64,000 nt of DNA from contig CM059430.1 in the NCBI GenBank assembly GCA_030390025.1, positions 48,980,001-49,044,000 of the forward strand, written 5' to 3'. Numbering within the stretch: position 1 is the stretch's first letter; each line of letters begins with the position of its first letter. The stretch is from Squalus acanthias (lineage: Eukaryota). The translations under genes were made by a program, and so were the position numbers. Of the stretch, positions 24,010 to 37,350 are shown one piece after another. The notes below the pieces were generated by a model. It saw only the letters and a program-made list of their open reading frames with translations, made no database searches and had not been told where the DNA came from.

Positions 24010-25278
24010 GGCTGCTGTGTGCCTGGCCTAATTTCTAGCTCTGCCGTCGCACACCTCCATGTTTGAATCCCTCCAATCAGGTTTCCGTCCCTGCCACAGT
24101 ACCACAAACGACATCCTATGCAACTGTGACCATGGTAACCTATCCCTCCTCATCCTTCTCGACCCGTCTGCAGCCTTTGACATGGTTGACCACACCATCC
24201 TCCTCCAAAGCCTCTCCACCGTCATCAAGCTGCATGGGACTGCACTCTCCTGGTTCCATTGCTATCTATCCAGTCGTAGCCAGAGAATTATCTGCAATGG
24301 CTTTTCTTCCCGCTCCCGCACCGTTACCTCTGAAGTCCCCCAAGGATCTATCCTTGGCCTCCTTCTATTTCACATCTACCTGCTGCCCCTCAGCGACATT
24401 ATCCGAAAACATACCATCAGGTTCCACATGTACGCTGGCAACATCCAGCTCTACCTCACCACCGACCTCTCTCAACCATGCCATTGTCCCTGATTTTTCA
24501 CACTGCTTGTCCGACATCCAGTACAGGATGAGCAGAAAATTCCTCCAAGTAAATATTGGGAAGACCGAAGCCATTGTCTTTGGTCCCCACCACGAACTCT
24601 GTTCCCGAGCCACGGACTCCATTCCTCGCAACTGTCTGAGGCTGAACCAGACCGTTCGCAACCTTGGTGTCGTGTTTGACCATGATGAGCTTCCGACCAC
24701 ATATCCGCGCCATCACCAAGACCGCCTACTTCCACCTTCGTAATATCGCTCATCTCCACCCCTGCCTCAGCTCATCTGCTGCTGAAACCCTCATCCATGC
24801 TTTAGTTACCACTAGACTTGACAATTCCAACTCTCCTGGCTGGCCTCGCACCTTCCATAGACTTGAGCTCATCAAAAACTCTGTTGTCCATATACTAGCT
24901 TGCACCAAATCCCATTCACCCATTACCCCTGTGCTCACTGACCTACATTGGCTCCCGTTCTGACACCTCGATTTAAAAATTCTCATCCTTGTTTTCAAAT
25001 CTCTCCATGGCCTTGTCCCTCACTATTTCTGTAACTTACAACTCTCTGAGATCGCTGCGCTTCTCCAATTCTGGCCTCTTGCACATTCCCAATTTGAATG
25101 GCTCCTCCATTGCCTTCAGCTACTTTAAGACGCTCCTTAAAACATACCTCTTGGTCACCTGTCCTACTATCTCCTTATATGGCTCGGCATCAAATGTTTG
25201 TTTGATAATGCTCCTGTGAAGTGCCTTCGGACATTTTACTATGTTAAAGGTACTATATAAATGCAAGTTGTTGTTGTT
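24010..25278 (+). mobile_element. L2 LINE, 3' half (RT), degenerate
   Basis: FESLQSGFRPCHST, LLDPSAAFDMVDH, VPQGSILG, AETLIHALVTTRLD, ITPVLTDLHWLP; tail ggtactatataaatgcaagttgttgttg. Confidence 0.92.
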
Positions 25279-26389
25279 AAAATGGAATTGTGTTTAAGCT
25301 GATCTGTTCCTTTACAACCAGGAAGTATTTGGACATTCTGAGGTCATGAAAGGCTCTGCATAAATGCCAGTCTTTCTTTTCATACTGCAGGTTTTATTGC
25401 CTCATCCCAGTTTTTTTTGGCAGATGTCAGCACTCGAACTCAGGAGCAAAGGGCTGCACGTGGACCAAAATTGTGTTATTTAGTCAGCATAGATTGTGTA
25501 TGAATAATAAAGTCTAAAGGAGGTAATATTTATTTATTTAGCATTACAGCTACACAAATACATTTTGAAACTATTTTAGGCTGTTTGTTTCTTATTACTA
25601 CAGAAAGATTTTTGCCACACAATTTTGTTCCCACCTCTCCTGAATGGGCTGACTTCTGCTGAGCGACTTAAAGGTGCCCGTTGTCCTTCAGTAACTTGCT
25701 GAAGTGCTCATTCTTCATCCTTCACGCTAGACGGTAATCTATTCAAACAAGAAGCCATTCAGCAACCAAGGGCAATCCTATTCCACAGCTGGAATCCCTT
25801 TATGTATATTAACCCAGTATAAACCAGGTGTCAAACTTCAACTTGCCTGATTCAATACTTTAGGCAGTGCAGTTACCTACTGAGGCATCAAAGGATGCCA
25901 TAGGAAAACATCTATGGGAATTTTTTTTGGTAAGAGACTTAGCCAAGGCCTCAAATACTGAATACTGTAATTGGACACACACTGGGTTAACAGGAGCAGC
26001 TCTGAATTAAAGTTAGATGAACTGGGCCACAATTGTGATTTTTTAAAAATTTGACTAAAGTTAATTCAGAGCTAATTAATTAAAAATGGGAAAATAAAAA
26101 AGCACAACGGAAGTTTAAGATAAAATGCCCTCTATACACAATCAGACGTCAAGAATGGATATTTAGATGAGCTACCAGAGAGGCCTATTACTATCAACTA
26201 TGAAACCCTATCCCCAGCTTGAATTGCTGGATTCAGAATAGGTGGGGGTAAGAGAAACACAAAGGGGTAGATTAGAGGAGAAAATATAAAAATAGTTCGA
26301 CAATACATCACTGCAAATATCTATCTTCTTCGCTGAAACCTCGAAAAATACATCTATTGTCATTTTAACACCTCCACCACCCAATTTGT

Positions 26390-27420
26390 CTGGACTTTCG
26401 AGCAACCGATCCCAAACACGTGGGCTCACGTTAGCGCATTGTATTGTGGGTGTTGTAGTTACCTCGCTCTCCCGCTTGAAACTCTGTTTTTTTGGGTGAA
26501 CTACAAGTCCCGCTGTGCGGCGCGCCGCTTCACTCCGCGAGCATGCGCTGTGCCGCAGCGGCCGAGGGTGCCTCCTCCCCCCCCTCGCAGGGGCTGGGAG
26601 GGGCCTGGTGCCGTTCGTCGCCATACTGCGATCCGCCGGAGTTGGGGCGCTGGGTAAGTTTTTTTTTCAGTGGCCCGTCAGGCGTGTGATGGTCAGGGTC
26701 TGAATCACGGGGGTCTGTATGAGAGCCGAGCGGGCGGTTTATTGGGCGGGCCGCGCACATGACACAATGCGATGTGGTGTGAGGAGGCCGAGGTGCCTCT
26801 CACTTAGGGGGTCGGGCCTGGCTTGGCCAAGGGGGGCGGGAGGGGGGGTGCAGAGAGAGAGATATTTTTAGGTTGAATGATGGCGGCCTTGGCCTCGGCT
26901 GCGAGCGGGGGGACGGCTGTCTGCACTTGCGTTGATCTGGCTCCAGGATCGGCTGCGTCGAGTTGATAGCGGGCGCTGGGCGGGCGAGTAGAGCGGCCAC
27001 AAGCCTGGTGCCTGCGGGCGTCGCTTTGCCGGCGGTAATGACGCTGCGCTTTTGGACGTTAACTTTGAATTGTTTTAAAAATAAACGGGCGAACGTGAGC
27101 GAGCAAAGCCGCACGCGCGCGCAGCCCGTCACCTGTGAGGTGTTCGCTCTCCCCTTGTTCTCTACCAACAGCCTGCTGAAACCTCGGGACACTTCAGCCC
27201 CGAATCTCAAGCTGCCACACCCCCCTGTGTCCTATCGCAATACCGCCTTTTCTTTTGTGTTTAGCAGGAGCCGGTTCATTTTCTCTTTCTCTTTCTCCTC
27301 CCCCCCCGTGTAGTAGCGGCGCGGCGAGTTGGTGGCCGCACATTGACCCGCTTCTAATTCACGAGTACTTTACTGAGCCCGAAAGGACTTGGCGCCGCTG
27401 CGTTTAAAAACAATTACATT
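26390..27420. promoter_or_regulatory. NUTF2: CpG island / NUTF2 promoter
   Basis: Sharp GC/CpG rise in non-repeat DNA; ACTACAAGTCCCGCTGTGCGGCGCG (26500) matches the ZNF143/THAP11-type ACTACAnnTCCC motif; NRF1-like GAGCATGCGC (26539); YY1-like CGCCAT (~26619) and ATGGCGGC (~26880); GC boxes. Confidence 0.85.
26560..26653 (+). other. NUTF2: Putative non-coding exon 1 of NUTF2 (5' boundary approximate)
   Basis: Strong donor TGG|GTAAGT at 26654 inside the CpG island; vertebrate NUTF2 starts translation in exon 2. Confidence 0.65.
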
Positions 27421-28912
27421 TCAGAATCCTGTGCTGCTCTAACGCAAACCAAATAGGAGCCTGCTGCCTTTGTAGGAGAGTTTCGGTTTCCTTCTGTTAC
27501 TGTGATGCCCAAGAAGCGGTCATTCATTCTGCAGCGGGCCGCCGATCTATTTTTCACTTTCCCATGTCGAATCATCCATCGCGCTTCTGCTTTTTAAAAA
27601 AAAGTAAATCAAATGCACTACACTGCCTTTAGTAGTTTTTGCACGCCATGTATTTTCCCAGTTGGCAACACTTCACCGGGAGTCTGCAGTAGACTTGCAA
27701 TAAAAGATCCATGTTTGAATTTCTGTAGTTGCACCTCCCCCTTGATCTTATTCGGGAGTTTAATGCCACTCAACGTAATATCCGTGAGTTTTTTTGAGGG
27801 TTGGGTTTGATGTCTGTCATTACGTATCAGAGAGGAGATCCCCTTCAACCAATACACATGAACCTTTTCCAGAGTACAACTTATTTACTGCAGTAATTAT
27901 TTATTTATTTTGATCTTATTAAGGAACCTTTGATGAAATATGTTGAAAAATGATTTACCACTTTGTACAAGTAGCTGAATGAAGAGACTGTTGTATTTAT
28001 GATCACCCAAATTGTACAATTTTCCCCAGTACTGCAATCTTGTTGCATTTTGTTAGTGTTCATAAGATAAATGAAAATGACTGGTCATTTAATCGAATTC
28101 CTTTTGTAGGTCCCCAGCTGCTTTGTCTTGACAGCCTCACTTAATTTTGTACCATCAGCAAACTTGACCAGTTAGCATTAGGTTTTTGTCTTGATTCAAT
28201 CATTTGAAATTTAAAAGTGTTCCCTCTCCCTGTCATCTGTTTGTTGAATAATGATATTGCACACTAGTAGGAAAATGGATGTCATGAGTATACTATGTGT
28301 AGAAATAACAAACAGAAAGGGATTTGAATTTTGTCTGTCCCATGCTGGAAGACCTTTGCAAGTGTTAATCACTCCATGTAAAGTTGTTTGACATCTGTCA
28401 TACATTTTACTTTCACCAATTTTGACCTTTGACCCCCTTGTTCTAGTATCTAGCTGGATCAAATTCCTCACTGGAAGGTTAACTAGTACTGTGGGGGAGG
28501 GTTTAAACTAATTTGGCAAGGGGATGGGCACGAGGATGAAACATTAGAGAGGAGAAACAAGGCACACAGAGGACTGGGAGAGGCAAATAACAGTAGATTC
28601 AAGAATAGTTAAGAAATAGGAGGTATCAGACAGGGGGCAAATGCAAAGAGTTTGGAGGGTATGCACGGAGCGTGGTAAGTAAAGTTATTGAGCTGCAGGC
28701 GCAAGTCGCCACATGGGACGATGACATAATGGCAATAACAGAGACCTGGCTCAAAGAAGGGGAGGATTGGGAACTTAATATTTCTGGCTACAAGGTATTC
28801 AGGAAAAACAGGGAAGGAACAAAAGGAAGGGAGGGGGGTGGCAGTATTGATCAAAGAAACTATTATAGCACCGGAGAGGGATGATGCAGTTGAGGGGCCA
28901 AAGACAGAGTCT

Positions 28913-30358
28913 TTTTTTAATTAGTTCATGGGATCTGGGCGTCGCTGGCAAGGCCAGTATTTATTGCCCATCTCTAATTGCCCTTGAGAAGGTGGTGGTG
29001 AGCCGCCGCCTTCAACCGCTGCAGTCCATGTGGTGGGAGGTACTCTCACAGTGCTGTTAGGGAGGGAGTTCCAGGATTTTGACCCAGCGACGATGAAGGA
29101 ACGGCGATATACTTCCAAGTCAGGATGGTGTATGACTTGGAGGTGGTGGTGTTTCCCATGCGCCTGCTGCCCTTGTCCTTCTAGGTGGTAGAGGTCGCAG
29201 GTTGGGAGGTACTGTTGAAGAAGCCTTGGCGAGTTGCTGCAGTGCATCTTGTAGATGGTATACACTGCAGCCACGGTAAGCCGGTGGTGGAGGGAGTGAA
29301 TGTTTAAGGTGGTGGATGGGGTGCCAATCAAGCTGGTTGCTTTGTCCTGGATGGTGTCGAGCTTCTTGAGTGTTGTTGGAGCTGCACTCATCCAGGCAAG
29401 TGGAGAGTATTTCATCACACTCCTTACTTGTGCCTGGATGGTGGAAAGACTTTGGGGAGTCAAGAAGTGAGACACTCGCCGTAGAATACCTAGCCTCTGA
29501 ACTGCTCTTGTTGCCACAGTATTTATGTGGCTGGTCAATGGTGACCCCCCCCCCCCCCCCCCCAGGATGTTGATGGTGGAGGATCCAGCGATGGTAATGC
29601 CGTTGAATGTCAAGGGGTGGTGGTTAGACTCTCGCTTGTTGGAGATAGTCATTGCCTGGCACTTGTGTGACACGAATGTTACCTGCCACTTATCAGCCCA
29701 AGCCTGAATGTCGTCCAGGTCTTGTTGCATGCGGGCATGGACTGCTTCATTATCTGAGGAGTTGCGAATGGCACTGAACACTGTGCAGTCATCAGCGAAC
29801 ATCCCCATTTTTGACCTTGTGATGGAGGGAAGGTCATGAATGAAGCAGCTGAAGCTGGTTGGGACTAGGACACTGCCCTGAGGAACTCCTGCAGCGATGT
29901 CCTGGGGCTGTGATGATTAACCACCACAACCATCTTCCTTTGTGCTAGGTATGGCCCCAGCCAGTGGAGAGTTTGCCCCCAATTCCCATTGACTTCAGTT
30001 TTACTAGGGCTCCTTGATGCCACACTCTGTCAAATGCTGCCTTGATGTCTGGGGCAGTCACTCTCACCTCACCTCTGGAATTCAGTTCCTTCATCCATGT
30101 TTGGACCAAGGTTGTAATGAGGTCTGGAGCCGAGTGGTCCTGGCGGAACCCAAACTGGGCATCAGTGAGCAGGTTATTAGTGAGTAAGTGCCGCTTGATA
30201 GCGCTGTCGACAGCACCTTCCATCACTTTGCTGATGATTGAGAGTAGACTGATGGGGTGATAATTGGCCGGATTGGATTTGTCCTGCTTTTTGTGGACAG
30301 GACATGGCAGTTTTCCACATTGTCGAATAGATGCCAGTGTTGTAGCTGTACTGGAACA
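28913..30358 (-). mobile_element. 5'-truncated copy of the tRNA-headed Zenon-like LINE family, nested in CR1
   Basis: ORFs 28921-29808 (FADDCTVF) and 29945-30226 (DIKAAFDRVWHQG) closely match the 20077 and 44257 copies; A-rich tail at 28912-28922. Confidence 0.92.
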
Positions 30359-31431
30359 GCTATTTGGTTAGTATTAAGGAACAATATTATGCTTACTGGG
30401 TGTATACTATTGGCCACCAAATAGTGGGAAGGAGATAGAGGAGCAATTACAGAAAGATGCAAGAACTACAGAGTAGTGATAATGGGGGATTTTAATTATC
30501 CTAATATAGACTGGGATAGTAACTGTATAAAGGGCAAAGAAGGGGAGGAATTCCTGAAATGTGTACAAGACAATCAGTGTGTTTCCAGCTCAACGAGGAA
30601 GGAAGCAGTGCTGGATCTCGTTCTGGGGAATGAAGTGGAGCATGTTTTAGTGGGAGAGCATTTGGGGAACAGTGATCATAATACCATCAAAGATAAGGAG
30701 ACCAAAACTGTAAACAGTACTCCAGGCAATAATCTGGGACAAAATTAATTGACATTTAGAAAAGTATGGGCTAAAAAATGAAAGTCAGCACGGATTTGTT
30801 AAAGGCAAATCGTGTTTGACTAACTTGATCGAGTTCTTTAAAGTAATGGAGTGGGTTGATGAGGATCGTGTGGTTGATGTGTTTCTGGACTTTCAAAAGG
30901 TGTTTGACAACGTACCAGATAATAGACTTGTTAGCAAAATTAAAGCCCGTGGGATTAAAGGGACAGTGGCAGCATGGATACAAAATTGGCTTGGGGACAG
31001 AAAGCAGAGAGTAGTGGTGAACGGTTGTTTTTCAGATGGAGTGAGATATACAGTGGTGTTCCCCAGGGGTTGGTATTGGGACCACTGCACTTTTTGAGAT
31101 ATATTAATGACCTGGACTTGGGTATACAGGGCATAATTTCAAAGTTTGCAAATGATATGAAACTCGATAAATGATATGAAACTCGATAATGTAGTAAACA
31201 ATGAGGAGGATTGTAACAACTTCAGGAGGACATGGACAGACTAGTGAAATGGGAAAACACATGACAGATGAAATTTAACGCAGAGCAGTGTGAAGTGATA
31301 CCTTTTGGTAGGAAGAATGAGGAGAGGCAATATAAACTAAATGGTACAAGCTTAAAGGGGGTGCAGGAACAGAGTGACCTTGGGGTGTATGTACACAAAT
31401 CTTTGAAGGTGGCAGGACAAGTTGAGAAGGA

Positions 31432-31537
31432 TGTTTATTGCATGCATCAGGTGACGAAGGAGCAGCGCTCCGAAAGCTTGTGATTTCAAATAAAGCTGTT
31501 GGACTATAACCTGGTGTTGTGTGACTTCTCACTTTTG
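31432..31537 (+). mobile_element. Penelope-like terminal fragment with degenerate hammerhead core, at a CR1 deletion junction
   Basis: gTGACGA-aggagcagcgctcc-GAAAGCTT-gtga then aataaagctgttggactataacctggtgttgtg; CR1 coding jumps from GQVEK to LFSLEQRR across it. Confidence 0.7.
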
Positions 31538-32545
31538 TTCTCCTTAGAGCAGAGAAGGTTAAGGGGAGATTTGATAGAGGTATTCAAAAACATGAAGGGT
31601 TTTGATAGAATAAATAAGGAGAAATTGTTTCCAGTGGCAGAAGGGTCGGTAACCAGAGGACACAGATTTAAGGTGATTAGCAAAAGAACCAGAGGTGACA
31701 TGGGGAAACATATTTTTACGCAGTGAGTGGTTGTGATCTGGAATGCACTGCCTGGAAGGGTGGTGGAAGTAGATTCAATAGTAAAAATCAAAAGAGAATT
31801 GGTTAAATACTTGGAAGAGAAAAAGATTACAGGGCTAAGGGAAAAAATTTACAGGGCTATGCGGAAAGAGCAGGGGAGTGGGATTAATTGGCTAGCTCTA
31901 CCAAAGAGATGGCACAGGCACGATGGGCTGAATGGCCTCCTTCTGTGCTGTATGATTCTATGATCAAGGCATACCTTGAAGTAGTACCCTAGGGTTCAGT
32001 GCTGGGCTGTTGCTGTGCTGATCTACATTAATGACTTATAGAATTATTATAGAGTGGTTGCAAATTATATTAAATTGGGACAGGGGGGAATTTTGAGGCA
32101 CGCAAAGCACCCAGGGGTCGATAAAAGGAATTGGATAAAATCTGAAATGTAATTCAGTAGGTAAGTGCATAATCCATACTCTTAGGAAAAATGGATGTTG
32201 CAACCATATATTTATGTAGAAATAGCTGAAGGCCAAACAGAAATTGTGTAAATTTAGCATTTAACTTCAGATGATTGTAGCAATTGTGAACTAAGGGATT
32301 GGACCACTTAATTATATTGGTAGGTCAGTTGAGTATGAGAACAAAGATGTCCTGAATTTTGTATGCCCTGGCCAGACTTTTAATGTCTTGTTTACTTCTA
32401 TAAGATCCCATCTCAGTTGCCCCCTTTCAAGTCTAAAGAGCCCCAATTTCTCCAATCTTTTCTCGTAACTGAATCCTTTGACGCTCATCATCAGCCGCAT
32501 GGCTTTTCTCTGCACCAGCTCCATTGTTTGAATGTTTTCCATCTA

Positions 32546-32970
32546 CAGGAAACTTTCGTTTATCCGGCACCCAAATATCCGGAATTCTCGCTTAACCGGC
32601 AAAAATCATCCTCTGAAAACTCCTCTCAAATAACCGGCAATGTTGCCGAGTCGCAGTCGAGTCTCCGCGAACGCCGAGTGCTCCGAAAAATCCTCTCAAA
32701 TAACCGGCAATGTTGCCGATCCCGAGTCCGAGTCAGAGTCCGCGAAAGCCGATTTAGTCAGTAAGGGTACTTTTCAAAAGTGCCACTATTCGGCCTCCTG
32801 GCGCTGTTGCAAGTCCGAAACATTGCAGTAGCATGAGTAGATTCTCCCGTGCTGCTTGGAGTCTCTTTGTTAAAAATAGCCTCGGTAGATATAACTCTCT
32901 GTTATCCGGTACTTTCGATAAACCGGCACCACGCCGGTCCCGTCGATGCCGGATAAACGAAAGTTTCCTG
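32546..32970. mobile_element. Tc1/mariner-pogo type MITE (425 bp), copy 1, inserted in an old CR1
   Basis: 24-bp TIR CAGGAAACTTTCGTTTATCCGGCA, TA TSD at 32544-32545 and 32971-32972; internal duplicated ctctcaaataaccggcaatgttgccga. Confidence 0.93.
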
Positions 32971-33344
32971 TATCATGGTGACCCAATCTGAACATAAGTC
33001 AGTGCACCCTGTCCAGGGCATTGTACTATTATTGCATGACCTGTTTCATTTTATACTAAACCACCCTAGCAATCATTCTATTCACTTCATTTATTGCTGT
33101 TTCACAGTCATTCGAATTGCTATGTTTACTATCTCTACCAGATCCTTTTTTGTTCTGTCTTTAGCTATTTCTACATAGTATGTATCTGTGCCATACATTT
33201 TTCCTACTAGTGTGCAGTATCTTGCACTTGCCTATTGAATCTGCCACCGACTTATCCCATTACAGATTTTATCCATCTCCTTCTGTGTAGGTCTTTAGCT
33301 GTCTTGCCAACCCCCTTGGCCTGTTTGCATTGTGTTTCTGTGCG

Positions 33345-33768
33345 TGTCAGCCGTAGCTCAGTGGGTAGCACTCTCACCTCTGAGTCAGTAGGTTGTGGGT
33401 TCAAGTTCCACCCCAGAGACCTGAGTGCACACTCTGCAGTACTAAGGGAGTGCAGTATTGTTAAGAGGTGCCAACTTTCAGAGGAGACGTTAAACCGAGG
33501 TTCCGTCTGTCCTCATAAAAGATGTGGACGTAAAAGATCCCATGGCACTATTTCGAAGAAGAGCATGGGAGTTCTCCCTGGTGTCCTGGCCAATATTTAT
33601 CCTTCAACGAACATTACTAAAATTATCATGTTGCTGTGTGTGGGACCTTGCTGTGTGCAAATTGGCTGCCATGATTCCTACATTACAACAGTGACGACAC
33701 TTCAGAAGTACTTCATTGGCTGGAAAGTGCTTTGGGACGTCCTGAGGTCATGAAATAAAGTCTTTCTA
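33345..33768 (+). mobile_element. Full-length Deu-domain tRNA-headed SINE
   Basis: A box gtagctcagtgggtagc, B box gggttcaagttcc, Deu core, tail gctttgggacgtcctgaggtcatgaaa. Confidence 0.82.
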
Positions 33769-34904
33769 AGTTATGAATGTAGGTTAGAAATCGTAGGGGC
33801 CTCCGCATCGCATTCTGGGGTAGCTCCCCCACTCCCCAAACAATTTCCCGCAGCTATCTTCCCGTCACTCAATTTCTTAATAACACCCAGGTTTTACAAT
33901 GATTTCCCGCTGCATTCAGATTCAGTAATAAGCCTTTCATGTTGAACTTTTTTAAAAAATAGACGACTTTCTGGTAATCTTAAGTATACCACGTGATATG
34001 ATTTCCATTGTCTATTTGGAGTTTCACTTTCTCAGAGTCAAGCTTTGCCAGGTAGGATCTTTCCTCCGCAAAGCATTGATAGTTATATTATTTTCATGCA
34101 AGTACTGATCAGGTTTGCTCCAAATAATCAGTTCCGTTATTTTATCAGGTATTGATGTTAGACTGATAGATTTGGAGTGGCCTGGATTAGATTTCTCCTA
34201 TTTCTTGAATATGGATACTGAATTAGCTTGTTTCCAATCCAGTGGTGGTATCTCCTCAAATTCATTGACTGTGCTGAAGCTTTTAAAAATTTAAATGATG
34301 TGCAATTCCCCATGAAAGTATAACCACTTCACATTTTTCAACATTTTTTTAAATTCTCCTGTTTTGTATTCTTTCTTGGTTACTTTCCAAGAAACTGAAA
34401 GTTGCAAATTTTCTCCCACAGTTTTTAAATCAAATACAAATCCTTACTGAAAGTATAGAGCCGGTGGGTGTGGGGCGACTCTCCTTAAATATCCTCCCTT
34501 TACCCAATGTCATTTGAAGAGCTGGTTCAATGGCCAATGCAGGCCTAGCAATACTATGCTCGATCTTTACATGTGAACCTAGCAGTGTGTTGCTCGGCTA
34601 TTTTACCATGATGAACATCACAACCAAGCATGATAGTGTCTTGATCTGACATCTGCACTTGTGGTTTTTCTAGTAGGAATCATTGGATAGTGATCATGAA
34701 TGGGAACCTTGACAGATCTCTATCCTGGGGAATTGCACTGTTCTAGTGGCTCAGATGGGGGCGATTAGAAGAAGCTTTTTCATGCAACTGTCGGAATTTG
34801 GTATGCTTTCCACATGAACTGATTGTGGCTAAACTGATTACATCATTCAGAAAGGTACTGGTTAATAAAGAATGTAAAAGCTTATGAGAATAAGGCAGGA
34901 AAAT

Positions 34905-35241
34905 GGACCTCTATGGCCTAGCCCCTCCCTATCTCTGGCTCTGCCCTCCTCCAATTCTGGCCTATTGCACATCTCCTATTTCCATCGCTCCTCCATTGGC
35001 AGCCTTGCCTTCAGCTGCCCAGGCCCCAATCTCTGGAATTCCCTCCCTAAACCTCTCCGCCTGTCTACCTCGCTCTCCTCCTTTAAGTCGCTCCTTTAAA
35101 AACTACCTCTGACCAAGCTTTTGGTATCATGCCCTAATATCTCTTTTATATGGCTCGGTGTCAAATTCTGTCTGATAACGCTCTTGAGAGGTCTTGAGAC
35201 GTTTTACTACGTCAAAGGCGCTATATAAATGCAAGTTGTTT
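34905..35241 (+). mobile_element. L2 LINE 3' end
   Basis: LYGLAPPYL..., gccttcagctgcccaggccccaatctctggaattccctccc, tail aaaggcgctatataaatgcaagttgtt. Confidence 0.85.
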
Positions 35242-37170
35242 AAGATCTGTGCCCAACAGGCGGCTAAATTCATCATGGGCAAGAATGGCTGAATGCCCTC
35301 TCTTGTATTAAAATTGTTTCTATGTAACTCAGACCAGGAATTGAACCTGACACCCTGCTGATCTATGCACTTTATCTCCACTGAACCACTTAGGAACAAA
35401 CAACCTATCTCTCTCCAAAGAGTCTTCACATTGAAATTTTCAAGGATCAAGAGTAACACTGAACTTTTAGGCAAAGACAGACCATTAATGCCCTTTACAC
35501 CAGCATTTCTTGCATGGTATATATGCTTGCAATGTTATAAAGGTTCTTTGAAAATCCCAGGAGAACTGCTGAAACTGGGGATGTTTTGGCTGTAAGAACT
35601 GTATTGATGCTTAGACAGGGCTTTGGTTCAGCGGCACAGTAACAATGTGTTGGCTCTCGGATGCTTCACAATCCAATTTAGGTCATGGTGTGCATCAGAC
35701 TGTTTATACCTATCAAATGGTTTGAGTCTGGTCCCTTGAGGATGGTGGATGATGTGCTAATAGGTATAACTTGTGTGGCAATATGGTGGGTACTCCAAGT
35801 TCTTCCAAACTAAGAGCAGTATTACACAAGCATAAGTGATGCAGCATGTATACCTGTTATTTCAAGTCTTCGAAGGAGCTGGTGTGCAAATTGGATCGGC
35901 CAGTGTAACTTGGCTGGCACTGGAAGCAGCATTATTCATTCAAACTGTCAGATTAGGTATAATAGGGATATTAACAGACAGTGAAAGTGGCAGTCCAACT
36001 GCTCCATTGGGCTAGTGATTCTGTTTCAACATTAAATTCGTTGTTGTCATGCACAGGAAGCTTTGTGCACAGGATTCTCAGACCATAGTTTACAAGTGTC
36101 TGTAGGAAAAAAATACAACACAGCAAGCCTAGTTTATTTTATATCTATGGATTAGTCGTATTTTTCTTTAGACTACTGATGTGCGTGAGTCACCACTGCC
36201 TCACGATTCCATAGCTCTCAAGTAATAAGCTCCAGGTTCACGCAGAGGATCTGAAGCTGAAAGTTCTTTGAAGATTAATTCAGGCTTTGTTGTACGTACA
36301 GGTATATTAGTCTGATTGATTATTGTCCTGCTGTGATTTTGGTTTGCCCATTTCTGATCTTGCATCGTCCTATTGTTGCTAATGAGAATGTGAGCCGTTC
36401 ATGGGTATCAGATAATGCATAAGTGTGTGTTTTCCATCCTTCCTTGAGTCTCCTCGGGAGGACCCTATTCTTCCTTTGCTGTTTTATATATTTTTTTCCC
36501 CCTGTTAATTATCCAATTTTCCAGTCTCTACTCTTCATTTTCTTAATTTATTTTTCTTTAATTTGTTAGAGCTCTTAATGTTTGCTGCTTAGTTTGCATT
36601 TTTTCTCCACTTGTGATTTTCACAAACTGAGTTTTGCACAGACTAGTAGCAATAAGCACTGTGATGCTTTTTTGATTAGCGTAGCAATTTTCTCCATGCT
36701 ACCATTGATAATATGGAGCTCATACTGCATCTGGTTAGCCAGGATTAGGGGATGAGAAGTTCACTCAGCAAAGAGCTGAACAAAAGGTAGCTGTGGATAT
36801 TTGTGACGTATGGGACTTTGACAGAGCAGATCAAGGCTATAACTGGAGGATGCCAGCAACCTATTTGTTCTGTATACCAAATGAAATGCAGATATCCTAA
36901 CACTTGGAAGGAAGTTGAGACATGTTCATTTCATTTGATGCTAATTATATGCACTAAAGGAAGAGTATCTCTACAGTATTCAGTGCTGCAATGTCTGTCA
37001 ATCTCGATCTTTCACTCTAGTTATAACTTGCTGAGAAATGCATTCATCGCTAATTAAGCCTGGTGACGTCTCATCTGCATGGATAGAATTTGGCATGGTG
37101 AAATTGTCGCAGAAAGTAACTGCTGTGATATTTGTTCATTGGAATTTTGGAAGCTATTCAGTACTACATG

Positions 37171-37350
37171 TAGGGTTGGCAACTCTGGTTGGAGGTATTC
37201 CTGGGGGTTTTATCATGTGACGTCTAATCACGTGGCATCTGATCACATGAAAATTGTCCGTAGTTTGTAAATATTCTTGCAATTACCTTATAAAAGTTTG
37301 GACCCCTGTAGTTGAGTATCTTTGCTCATGGTTGGCATTTGGCAACCCTA
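37171..37350. mobile_element. Possible hAT-type MITE
   Basis: TAGGGTTGGCAA at 37171 and TTGGCAACCCTA ending at 37350; no clean 8-bp TSD; a related degenerate end at ~38010-38055. Confidence 0.45.

Larger units (their letters stand above)
28465..31965 (+). mobile_element. CR1-clade LINE with multiple internal deletions; host of nested insertions at 28913-30358 and 31432-31537
   Basis: End of ORF1-like region, EN (AITETWL, GGG, MGDFNYPNIDW, SDH) and RT fragments; 3' end aatggcctccttctgtgctgtatgattctatga. Confidence 0.88.

Noticed and set aside
26208-27313. Several ORFs in the CpG island
   Set aside because: Expected from high GC content (few stop codons); no domain signatures
31151-31189. 19-bp tandem duplication aatgatatgaaactcgata
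   Set aside because: Ordinary slippage inside a dead CR1
32622-32720. Direct repeats resembling a CRISPR-like repeat-spacer unit
   Set aside because: Only two units, internal to a TA-flanked MITE in a vertebrate genome
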